From positions 16,360-80,359 of the forward strand of contig JBNGIO010006281.1 of assembly GCA_049999805.1 (NCBI GenBank): a stretch of 64,000 nt of DNA, read 5' to 3'. Below, in pieces: positions 24,603 through 37,497 of the stretch (position 1 is its first letter; every line of letters begins with the position of its first letter). A program made the position numbers and the translations under genes. The DNA is from Folioceros fuciformis. Its lineage: Eukaryota. The notes beneath the pieces were generated by a model that made no database searches, was not told where the DNA came from, and worked only from the letters and a program-made list of their open reading frames with translations.

Positions 24603-25056
24603 ATGGACGACAAGACAGATGACCGAGCCTCCAAAGGGCGGAGGCGGTGGGAAGCGGACACGGAGCCGGACAGGAGCAAACTTCACCCACATCGATGCAA
24701 CGATCGTCTGGAGGACTTCATTTTCGTATGGAAGATCCCTTACTCTTGCATGTTTTCCAGGGAACAAGGCAACCGTCGTGCTTGCTGATCGTGGTGGTTC
24801 TCATACTTGCAGGCACTGTTTGAGGGGGAGCCTCGCAAGAACCTTCCTCGGCCATGGAGATTGATGTGGGAGTGCTTCAGGTCCAAAGTTGGGTAAGTAG
24901 CAACGGTGCCAAGAGAGAGAGAAACAGTCAGCAGGATATAGAGCTGACCCCTCTATGACGGTATGGTGCAGGGAGGAGCCTACTGAACCCTTCTCCTTCC
25001 TCAAACTCGACCCTCCTAAAAGGAATGGCGGTTCCTCAGAACAACAGCCAGCGTGA
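24603..25056 (+). CDS. Small conserved uncharacterised plant protein (95 aa, 3 exons; missed by ORF track)
   Basis: Exons 24603-24725, 24813-24892, 24972-25056 splice in phase: ...HPHRCNDRLEDFIF|ALFEGEPRKNLPRPWRLMWECFRSKVG|EEPTEPFSFLKLDPPKR...*. Resembles a small angiosperm family with an HRCxDRxED...GEEPTEPF motif (recalled, not searched). Confidence 0.82.
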
Positions 25057-25926
25057 CGTCTCTGCTTCATCCAGCTTACACTGACGGCGTCTTTCATCAT
25101 ATCACGTACCAGCTGAGACAGTGTGGTGTCTCCGATCTGTAGTATGATGACGGGAATTTGAGGAGCTGGTTTGCAGCTGACGTCTCTGGCCCAATGCAAC
25201 ACTTTTCTTCGTCGTCTTGCATCAGGAAGGAGAGAGCCAAACCCAACAAAGGAGGCCAGGTTATGAAGACTGCAGGCTAGAAGGCAGATTGCTCCTAGCC
25301 ACCGTTTTGTTTCTTGGATAGTATTGGATTAGGGAGGAACAGGACCGGACCGGACGAAAGAGATGAAAATAGTGCTTGTACCATGACTCCCAGCCCTCAT
25401 GTGCAATCCTGCTCTTTTTGGTTTACTCTAAGCTTGATAACTGATGGTACGAGAAGCTTGTAGCGCAACTTTCCGTCAAGCATGGCGTTTTGTTTGATGT
25501 CATATCCCAGCTGAATCCTGCCTTCGGTATCCAACGCTAGCACCCTAACGCCAGCATGTCTTCAGACAACAAGTTGCAAGCTGCTGTCCTTTGAATTGAC
25601 TCCGTAAGGACAGAAATGCGTTGTGCTTTCGAACCGAATGCACTGAGAGCAAGACCACGTACCATATAACCTTCGAGTGTGAACTTCTTACGATTCTGTC
25701 GCCTCCAGGAGTCTCCATCCCAGAGAGGTCACAGATTTGCATGTTGCTATATTGCTGGTGATTCATTTCTCAATGTCTGATTGGATTGAAGGTCCTGTAT
25801 ATGCGATAGCCATATAAGGACAATGCCCATTGTGCTAGGAGGTCGAAGAGAGTTCTTCAGGCTAGCTACGATAAACAAATCACTCGAGAATGCAATCTCG
25901 CAGGTGAGCTACGGGAGGCGAGGGTG

Positions 25927-26784
25927 ATGGCAAGCTGCTTCATGTCCTCGACGTCGGTGCTCCGGTAAGTGAGCTACCTCGTTGAAAACCCTGACTCGCT
26001 GCAATTCTCCATAGAATCATCGTAGGTCTGCCGGCGCAGGGGTTGCATGCAAGCTCCCTCATTGACAGTGAGGAGGGCCGGGCCTGGCTGTCGCTGCTTA
26101 GCCAGCCAGGTGGAGCCTCCTAACGTGGCGCAGCTCTGCCAGAAAGCGCGGCTGACACTCACGCCCAAAGAGGTACGTGATGGTTAGACCCTTTTGTTCA
26201 GGATGCTGGTGCAATGATTCTGCTGGATGTTGAGCGGACCGGGTTGGTTTGCAGATCGAAGACTTTGGTCCCAAGATCGGGCGCATTGTTGACTGGTGCG
26301 GTCTTTCGCTGCGCGTTGCTTGTTTTCCCCGGTTTTGTGATGCCGTGCACAGGTCGAGATGCGTCGGGGTACTAATTGGAACGGACTGCAGGTTTGCTCA
26401 ACTACAGGATGTGAATCTGGAAAATGTTTCCCCTGCCATTCGTGTCGGTATGTCCGCAGCGATCGTAGTGGTGACTTTTGAGTAGCTGGCTGCAGGATGG
26501 CAGTTTAGAGGTGCGGTAGGCTGGAGCCGCCTACACTGAACATGTGCCTGTTGCGCCCTGTAGGGAACATTGAAGGGGCGAATGCATTGAGACCAGATAC
26601 TCCCCATGGTTTCGGCAACAGGTCAGTTGGTTCTTGGAGCTTCTTAGTTCTCCTCTAAAATGGAATGCCCCTTAATCCTTCCGGTTGTTGGACTGTGGGC
26701 AGGGAGGCCATGTTGTCTGGAGTCCCAGATATGGAGGGTCCATACTTAAAGGTGCCTAAGGTTCTCAAGGAAAATGTTGAGTAG
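25927..26784 (+). CDS. GATC: Glu-tRNA(Gln) amidotransferase subunit C, organellar (6 exons; missed by ORF track)
   Basis: Spliced: MASCFMSSTSVLR|GCMQ...EPPNVAQLCQKARLTLTPKE|IEDFGPKIGRIVDW|FAQLQDVNLENVSPAIRV|GNIEGANALRPDTPHGFGNR|EAMLSGVPDMEGPYLKVPKVLKENVE*. Confidence 0.9.
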
Positions 26785-27297
26785 ACTCCAGTGGACATTG
26801 TCTCGTCCCAAGAAGAAGGACGTCTTCAATCGAATCTACCTATGAAAATCTATCATTTTAGTGAGGAAAACTGCCGCCCTTTTTGTTGTTGGATGCTAGC
26901 AATACGTGATCGGATCCATCACCACTCGCAAGACCAGCGAGCCCCGCCCCTGCACTTCATAACAGGGGTAATTGACCTGAGTTGCCGTCACCCTTTGGAT
27001 TGCCCCCTGTTACCAAATACCTAGGACTTCAAAAGGATTAGGGTTGCACTGCCTGGCCAGCCTTAGAATCGTACGGGGAATGGCAGATGCTCCCGGGTTT
27101 CTGCCTGGAGGATCAGAGCAGTCAGTGATGCCTAGGGGGATGACGCGTAGCTATGTGATAGTGAATGCCAACTTTTCTGCCATTTTGGACTGGCTGTGGC
27201 CACCTTGCCTGCCTCCACACGACAAGCTCAAAGCAATGGTTGTGCTGTCTCCAGGCAGGCGCTTTTGGTCCCTCCCTAATCTGCAGTACCTGCTGCC

Positions 27298-29907
27298 ATG
27301 ATCGTGTCCTCAGCTGTCACAGGTGGCAGCAACAAATTGCAGGTGACCGGGGGAGATACTCCTACCAGCTTCTTAGAGCAGCAGGGCAGCGCGGCTTTCC
27401 TTGACAGATACAGACACCTTCTGCAACTATGCACCAAAAGGAAGAGCCTGGCGGAGGCTAAGGATCTGTATGCTTCCATAGAAGCAAACGGGCTTGAATC
27501 CAGCAGCCTGCTTGGCAACCATGCAGTATGCATGTTTGCAAAGTGCGGGGGCCTCGCTGATGCTTTTCAAGTGTTTAACAGACTTCGGGAGCCCAATGTC
27601 TTCTCATGGATGGCGCTCATTTCAGCGTGCACGAAGACAGGGCAAGCCCGAGAGGCTGTGAACATCTTCTGGCGAATGCAGGTGAATGGCGTAAAACCTG
27701 ACAGGTTCGTAATTGCCAGCGTGCTTAAAGCCTGTGCAATGCTGTTGGACCTGGATGAAGGCAAGCGAATTCACGGAGAAGCGGTCAGATGGAAATGCGA
27801 GTATGATTTGTTCGTGGGTACCAGCTTAGTGGACATGTATGCCAAGTGCGGGAGCATGGCGGATGCACAGCGGGTATTCGACTCCTTACCTCACCGCACC
27901 GTCGTGCCGTGGAACGCGATGATAGCAGGATACGCTCAATGGAACCAGGGTGAGAAGGCTTGGGAGCTTGCTGCGCGAATGGAGCAGGAAGGTGGTGTGA
28001 GGCCCGACAATTGGACTTTTGTCAGTCTGCTGAAGTCATGTTGCAGCCTAGCAGAGAAAGAGGTTGAGGCGATTGTTGGTGGGCAGGCACTCAAACAGGG
28101 AGCCCTCCGAAAAGGGAAGCTGATTCATGCCCACGTCGTCAGCAGAGGATATGAGTCCGATGTGTTCGTCTGTAACACCCTCGTACACATGTATGCCAAA
28201 TGTGGGGATATGGCGCGTGCTAGACATGTTTTCGACAGCTTGATCCAGCGGGATGTGGTGTCATGGAATGCCATGTTGGCGGGATATGTGCAGCAAGAGC
28301 AGGGTGATCAAGCCTTCCAGCTCTACTCCAAAATGCGGTTGGAGGGCACACGACCTGACAGTTGGACGTTCGTCTGCCTACTCAAGGCATGTGCTATGCT
28401 GGCAGATGTGGAGCCAGATACTCTTGCCGACGGACCGGCACTCAAATTGGATTCTTTGAGAAAGGGGAGGGCTATCCATGCCGAAATTCTTAGAAGGGGC
28501 TGTGATTCGAATGTGTTCGTTTGCAACACATTAGTGCACATGTATGCAAAGTGTGGCAGCATCGTAGATGCCAGGAACGTGTTTGATAGCCTGGCCCAGC
28601 GCGATGTGGTGTCGTGGACTGCTGTGATTGCAGGTTACGCACAGCAAGGACATGGGGCAATTGCTCTGGAAGTGTATGCTCAAATGCAGCAGGAAAGCGT
28701 GAGGCCCAACAATCGCACCTTTGTCAGCGTTCTTAAGGCTTGTGGGAACTTAGCGGAATCAGAGGAAGAGACGCAGATGGATGGACTGCGTTTGAAACTC
28801 ACCTCTCTTCAGCGGTTGAAGAAGATTCATGCTGAAGCCGTCCAACGACGCTGCGATTCCGACGTTTTTGTCGGATCTGCTTTAATTGACTCCTATGCTA
28901 GATGTGGGAGCTTGGTGGACGCCCAGACCGTTTTCCAGACTCTCCCTCAGCGAGACATGGTTTCGTGGACTGCACTGATCTCAGGTTATGCTGAACAAGG
29001 ACAAGGTGATAAGGCTTTGCAACTCTACGCTGAGATGGACAAGGCAGGAGTAATGATGGACGCTACCACGTTTCTCTGCGTCCTAAAGGCTTGCAGCACT
29101 GTAGGAGCTCTAGACATGTGCATCCAGATCCACCGTGACATTTCCAGGAAGGGACTGTTGTGCAGCCTCACGTTAGGAAACGCGCTTGTTGATGCTTACG
29201 CAAAATGTGGAAGCATGACGGAAGCTCAGCGTGTCTTCGACAAGTTACCAGTGCAAGATCTCGTGTCTTGGAATGCGTTAATTGCAGGGTATGCCCGACA
29301 GGGTGACTGCAGCTCAAGCTTAACGCGTTTCGTCTCCATGAGAGCAAAAAGGATAGAGCCGGACGGAGTCACTTTCGTAGCACTTCTCACGGCCTGCAGT
29401 AACTCAGGCATGGTGGATGAAGGTCTGCACTGTTTTCAGTCCATGAGCAGGGATCACGGCATCCTACCGACCATTCAGCACTACTCCCTCGTACTCGACC
29501 TCCTCGGCCGTGCAGGCCTCTTCAATGAGCTCAAGACGTTGCTCAAAATCTTTCCAGTAGAACCTGATCTGCCGCTGTGGTTATCCCTGCTTGCATCCTG
29601 CCGCAGTCACAACAATGTGGAGCTCGGAAGATACGCCTTCGAACATGCCGTCCAGATGGACCCGGAACACCAGGCTGCTTATCTCCTTCTGTCAAACCTA
29701 TACGCCTCCGCTCAACTAGCCGAGGAAGCCGGTGACGTATCGGCAAGGCAACGAAGAGCAGGTGCACGCAAGCAGCAGCCTGGGCACAGCTGGCTGGAGC
29801 ATGACTCAAGCGTCCATGTCTTCGCCGCTACAGACACAAATCATGAACAGTGTGCTGCCGTTTACGCCACCGTTCGACTATTAGGGCACGTTTTGAAACA
29901 AACCTAA
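27298..29907 (+). CDS. PLS-class pentatricopeptide repeat protein, E+ subtype (organellar RNA-editing specificity factor)
   Basis: Repeated P-L-S triplets (DVVSWNAMLAGY, TFVSLLKAC, DVFVCNTLVHMYAKCG), E1/E2 (HYSLVLDLLGRAG, WLSLLASCRSH, AAYLLLSNLYA), PG box (QQPGHSWLE); stops before any DYW deaminase. A short upstream exon (~27080) is possible. Confidence 0.95.
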   Translation: MIVSSAVTGGSNKLQVTGGDTPTSFLEQQGSAAFLDRYRHLLQLCTKRKSLAEAKDLYASIEANGLESSSLLGNHAVCMFAKCGGLADAFQVFNRLREPNVFSWMALISACTKTGQAREAVNIFWRMQVNGVKPDRFVIASVLKACAMLLDLDEGKRIHGEAVRWKCEYDLFVGTSLVDMYAKCGSMADAQRVFDSLPHRTVVPWNAMIAGYAQWNQGEKAWELAARMEQEGGVRPDNWTFVSLLKSCCSLAEKEVEAIVGGQALKQGALRKGKLIHAHVVSRGYESDVFVCNTLVHMYAKCGDMARARHVFDSLIQRDVVSWNAMLAGYVQQEQGDQAFQLYSKMRLEGTRPDSWTFVCLLKACAMLADVEPDTLADGPALKLDSLRKGRAIHAEILRRGCDSNVFVCNTLVHMYAKCGSIVDARNVFDSLAQRDVVSWTAVIAGYAQQGHGAIALEVYAQMQQESVRPNNRTFVSVLKACGNLAESEEETQMDGLRLKLTSLQRLKKIHAEAVQRRCDSDVFVGSALIDSYARCGSLVDAQTVFQTLPQRDMVSWTALISGYAEQGQGDKALQLYAEMDKAGVMMDATTFLCVLKACSTVGALDMCIQIHRDISRKGLLCSLTLGNALVDAYAKCGSMTEAQRVFDKLPVQDLVSWNALIAGYARQGDCSSSLTRFVSMRAKRIEPDGVTFVALLTACSNSGMVDEGLHCFQSMSRDHGILPTIQHYSLVLDLLGRAGLFNELKTLLKIFPVEPDLPLWLSLLASCRSHNNVELGRYAFEHAVQMDPEHQAAYLLLSNLYASAQLAEEAGDVSARQRRAGARKQQPGHSWLEHDSSVHVFAATDTNHEQCAAVYATVRLLGHVLKQT

Positions 29908-31285
29908 AACGGAAGTGTTGTTCACCCCGTGCCAACACACGGTACCTTCAGCTGCTGCCATCACATGTACAACCTGCCAGGGGGACAGCAAAACGTATTC
30001 ATGCTGGAACTGCCCTTTCCACCTCGTTTCTGGCTTCTTCCTGTGCCTATCCAATCGAAGCAGCTCTCTTTCTCACAGTGGCATGGGAGAAAAGACAAGG
30101 GGAATGTGCCTACTGTGGAAAACGCGCAGAGCGTCGTGCTTACGGGAGCGGGACCAGACCCCAGAGCACATTGGTGCAGCCTGCGCACCGCACAACTCAT
30201 TCACGACTGCCAGTGAAGAATCCACTTCCAGGAGCAGCTTTGTTAAAGATGTGCGGAGTCTTCTGTGCTTGCTGCAGGGGAGCATCTGGGGAATACAGGG
30301 TGTGTTTTGGTATCAAATTGTGACATTAATACCGCCTATTCCGCAGACGTGGAGGCGTTGCCCCACCACCTGCTCGTGTGCGCACGCCTGCCTGACGCAA
30401 GTCACTTGAACTCCTTGATTCAGGCTGCTTCCTTCCTTCAGCTCCGCGCCTCGAGAAGCGGTGGATCCACCTCTGGTTCAGACCAGGATTTCAGATTAAC
30501 CACATCTGGGTCCCCGTGTGCGATAAACACAACTCTCCGGGGACGTGTCGTCAGTGAGGGTGAAAGTCCCGATCCCGGGGCCCCATTTTCCCGGTGGACC
30601 GACGGTTGATTGGTTTAAATTTTTATTTAAATATGTACACGGCAGTAATTTAGCATGGGTTGCAACACGGCTGTGTGACGCAGAGAGTGCTGACAGTACC
30701 AGTAACTGTCCTGTCCGGTATGACACCCAGAAATGCCGGTTCCAGGGACCTCCTCTACAGTAGCCGGTGAATCCGAAACCCTGGTTCAGACTTGAGAAGC
30801 CTGATTTAGGCGCCATATTGCGTATATTTGGCGGCTGCTTCTGCGTTGGCTTTGGCGCCGGTGGGTGGTGGGATGCTGGGTTGTGGAACGGAATTGGGCG
30901 TCTCCAGCCGTCTCGGATTGGATTTGGGACGGACCCAGCAGGGGCAACGAATTCGCAGTCCGTCAGCAGCTTGTGCTGGGTCCTGAGACCTGTTGTTGTT
31001 GCAGGGTCGGGCTCCGGCTCGGGCTCCGGGGTTTGATTGTGAATTCGGTGAAGCTGGGAGGAGGAAGGGAAATAGCAATGGCTGGCCGCAGTTTGGATTG
31101 GGTGCTGTTCCGGTTTCAGTGTACGATGTGGTTTGAGAGGGCTCTGTGGAAGTAACACCTTGCGCCTGTGTACTGGTAGCAGTACAGAGCAGAAGGGCGT
31201 GAGATTTGTACCATGCGAGTCGGTGAGGGAGCGATATTAGTTCTCGTCCCGGCACCTTATCGGCTGCCCCAGAAGGCTGCGGCAT

Positions 31286-33545
<2,260 letters not shown>

Positions 33546-35228
33546 TTCCACTTCCTGTGCATGATTGCTGCAGTTTTTGAATTCCAGCTAGAGGGCGTGA
33601 TTGGCGTGTGCGTGAATTATTGTATGCAGCCTAGATGAGAACTAGACATCTGAGAACTCTGGCTGAATACTCTGGAGCAGGTGCCTCCTCGGTTAACGGT
33701 TAAGTGAAGTACCATGGGAAAACCAACAATGCCTGACGTGCTGTTGAATATAATGTTATGTGAGTATTGCTTTGATTCTCTGCACCTAGTCATTTCCTCC
33801 TGTTCTATTTTTTTCGATGTCAGGCACCTCCAGCCGGGTCTTCTGTTTACCGTGGCTTGTGCCAGATGCAGATAGACCCAGTTGGCAGCACGGAAGATGT
33901 CGCTGTGCATATGCCGGAGATGTTGTTCATTTTCAATTTCCACAGATTGACCGACTCATTACACATAGCAGACGTTGTTAAAGCATAAGAAGCCCTCCAC
34001 TAGACGGTATTCCGGACGTCCTCTAGATCTGGAGGACAAAATAACGTGGAAGTTTCTCTACGACAGTTCAGTATAAGAGGCCAAGGCGGGCGAGGAACAG
34101 CCCATCGGTTCTACAGACCGACTTTATTCCCTGGGAGACGGAAACTTACCTTACTTTGGTTTACTTGCTGCATGCGTTATGCTGCCACGCAAATTACAGT
34201 ATCTCCCGACGGAAGTGTAGGAGATTTGTGTCTCCTACAAATTTGAAGTTAAGGCTTAGTAAATCGACTATCTGGAACAAAAGTCTTAACTATCGGGTGT
34301 GGCCACAAATATTAAGGTTTGGTAGAATAAATGTCTAAATTTATATGTATTACATGTATAGTATATGCTCATGCTACATCTGAGGATGTGGAAATGAAGC
34401 CGTTGGGACGCCCTTACCGTTTGTCGAATCAAGGCTTTCCATTATCTGGAACAGAATTTTGCTCGATGTCAGACTACCGTTGATGAGCCGTTCTCGGACT
34501 CCCAGTTTCGCCCAATGGGCCAAACCGCACCATGGTGCGTGAGCTGTACAGTTGTACCGGGAACTGGATTGTCCGGCCAACCGGAACGTTCAACCGTAGC
34601 GCCGGCAAAACCTTGTTTCGCCGTCGCCACCTTGCGTCCCTGGTCCTCCCCGGACAGGGGAGTGTTGATGCCATTTTGCATAGCAGCACTCGATGCCTGT
34701 GGCGCTCTAGGTCTGTGTGTGCGCGGCTCACTGGCTTGCTCCGATTCTCAACTTTGCCCGCCCTTGGTGCGGGTCTGGTCGTCTTCAATGCGTGTCGTTC
34801 CGGCCGCAAGCTTCTGAGGCGTCGTGGCAGCAAAGTTGTGTAGCAGGAGGTGCAGGCGGTTCTCCCGCACTCGCTTTTGGAATTGTCTACATTCTGTGTA
34901 ACTTATCTGCCAGCAGGGAAGCGCGGTGGCTGTTTCCTGCTTTCTCTTGGCCGAGAAACGAACCTGGGGGCTGCTAGAGACATGAAGTAGACGTTTGTTT
35001 ATGCGGGAGCTCGTGCGCGCATTGCCATTCCACGGTCTGCTCAGCGTCCTGTTTGGCTAGTGGAGCTCTTTGAGCAGGGGGGAGGAAGATTTCTGCCTTC
35101 GAGGAGGACGTAAATGAGACGGAGGGAGGCTGCCTTATCAGAAATCGGAGTGCAGTCGTTGGCTCCTTGCCTGTGCCTTCAGGTGCCGGAAGGAACTTTT
35201 TGAGTTTTGAGGTAACCTATCTGTCAAG

Positions 35229-37173
35229 ATGTTCAACAAGATATTCGGGAAGCCCAAGAAGCAAGCTCCAGCGACGGCTTCAGCCCTTGACAGGCTCACG
35301 GAGGTCGCCTCGCTTTCTGAGCTTTGTCGCTTGACACCTCTTTGTTGCACGACTGTTGGCAGACTAGAGTGTGCAGTCCTTGGTTTGGAGCTGCATCGGC
35401 AAACAGGAGTCTTACGCCTGATGAGATGTTCTTATGCAGACGTTGGAGATGCTTGACAAGAAGGAGAAAATTCTGTACCGGAAGATCGAGGCAGAGATTG
35501 AGAAAGCTAAGGGTTACGCAAAAGTGAAGAACAAGAGGGGTAGGTCACTGCTTGTTGCAACTTTACTGTGCGCCAGTAAGAGTTGAGAGTGTGGATGTTG
35601 CCTCCTGTGAGGTTCATTTTCAAGGCCAGATTTGCATATTGGTCACAGCTTTACTCTCCTTTTCACTGCTTCAGCTGCAATTCATTGTTTGAAGACAAAG
35701 AAGTTCTACGAGAACCAGATTGCTCAACTTGGGAGCTACCAGCTACGACTGCACGATCAGGTTAGTGTTGCACTCACTTGCTTTCCGGAACTCTTTTGAT
35801 TGGTGGTAGGGTTTCGTGTTTGCTGACCTGCCCGTCATGTCACCTGCTGAATGACATAGTAGTACTTCTCTTGCAGAGTGATGCTCTCTTGAGAGACCAT
35901 GGTAAACGCCTTCCAATTCTAAGGCGAGCCATCATGAAAGTCAGGACCAAGTGCCGATCGATTTTTAGTTCCATCACTGGATCAAGGTCTAGACTCGAAG
36001 CTCTGCAATGTCATTCCTGTGCTGCGGCGTGGACATGTGATGAGGGAATTGATTCAGGAATGCTGCTTTATGCAGACCCCCCTCCTCTTTTGCTGAATAA
36101 GTCGTCACCTAATTTGTCAGTTGCGTGACTGCAATTAAGGATCCCTCGTATTGTCAACCACTAGAGACTGTCTACTCCCCACCCCACTTTCCCAGTCAGT
36201 CATCGTGCTGTTTGTGTTTTGGACCAAGACACAGTCACCTGCACGTTAGCTTAGAGTTCTTGTTGATCCCTGTTGGTGCCTTCAAACGTCTGAGCTAACA
36301 GCAGCAGCTGCTGTGTCCACCTGCCTGATGCTTGGGAGCTTAATTCTCTGCCCTTTCATCGTCTTTCTTTTGTGTGAAAGTATGTTTGCAGGTTTAGTGC
36401 TGTTGTTACACCATGCAGTCCACTTGTCAGATGATCTTGTCTTCGAAGCTGGAATTGTATGGGCCCTGTATCAGCAAATCTGGTTCATCGGGTGTGCAGA
36501 TGATTATGTTGGAAGGCGCCAGAGCAACAACCGATACCGTTGATGCTCTTCGAAGTGGGGCAAAAGCAATGAAGTCTATCCAGAAAATTGTGTAAGATGC
36601 CAACTACTTTTCTTCCACCTGTCCCCCCTGCCATGCGCATGCGTTACCGGAATGTAGCTCATGCGGAAACAACGACGCGTGATTGACATTCAGCACACTG
36701 TTCGATTGGTTGGAGTGCAGAAACATCGATGACGTGGACAAGACAATGGAGGACGTGACTGAACAGGCGGAGAACATGAAACAAATTCAAGAATCACTTT
36801 CAGCTCCAGTTGGGGTAGCTGCCGAGATCGATGAGGTTCGCCTTATTCCTCTAAGATAATTTTCATAAATTTGTACTCAGTACGTAAGTTGTCTCACATT
36901 TCCTGAACTGCCGCTTGCCGTGTGTCCCCTCTCCAGGAAGAACTTTTGGACGAGCTGGAAGATCTGGAGGGTCAGGACTTGGACCAGCAGCTGAGGGATA
37001 CCACGCCTTCAATACCTTTCCACAAAGCTTCGATTTCCACACCAGCCGGTCCTGCCAATTCGGCTCCGCCAAGGCAACCTCCTCCTATAAAACCGCATGA
37101 AAGACCTTCCCCTCAGCCTAACAGCGAGGAGGAGGACGAACTAGCAGCCTTGCAAGCGGAGATGGCGTCATGA
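35229..37173 (+). CDS. VPS32: ESCRT-III subunit VPS32/SNF7
   Basis: MFNKIFGKPKKQAPATASALDRLTE|TLEMLDKKEKIL...KNKR|...QLRLHDQ|MIMLEGARATTDTVDALRSGAKAMK|NIDDVDKTMEDV...|EELLDELEDLE...EEEDELAALQAEMAS. Confidence 0.95.
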
Positions 37174-37497
37174 ACCCTGCGCTGGCCAGTGGCCATCACA
37201 ATGGGCAGTTTAGAGTCTAGTGGCTCTGGCCACTGCAACATTGTGTACACTCTACTTACTCGGCGGCACTCCGCAGTCTTTTCGAACTTTATTGTAGGCC
37301 TATACCCCGCAAATCATGAAAGGGCATCTCGACTTCGGGAATTGAATCTTACGTAAAACCTGACGAATTGTCTGGCGAAAACCGCAATGCTGTGGGTTTT
37401 GCCCTAAGAGTCGGAACCGACTCGCTCCTCCCGCGCTTTTTGTCGCAGTCCAAGTCCACAAGGAAGAGCTGCCGCAGCTGTTTCTGGAGGGAGCAGG

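Noticed and set aside
29908-30500. Possible DYW-domain remnant after the PPR stop
   Set aside because: No HSE/HxE, CxxCH or DYW-like motif found in the plus-strand frames.
36037-36096. Possible C/D-box snoRNA (GTGATGA...CTGA) in the VPS32 intron
   Set aside because: No convincing terminal stem and no recognisable rRNA/snRNA complementarity.
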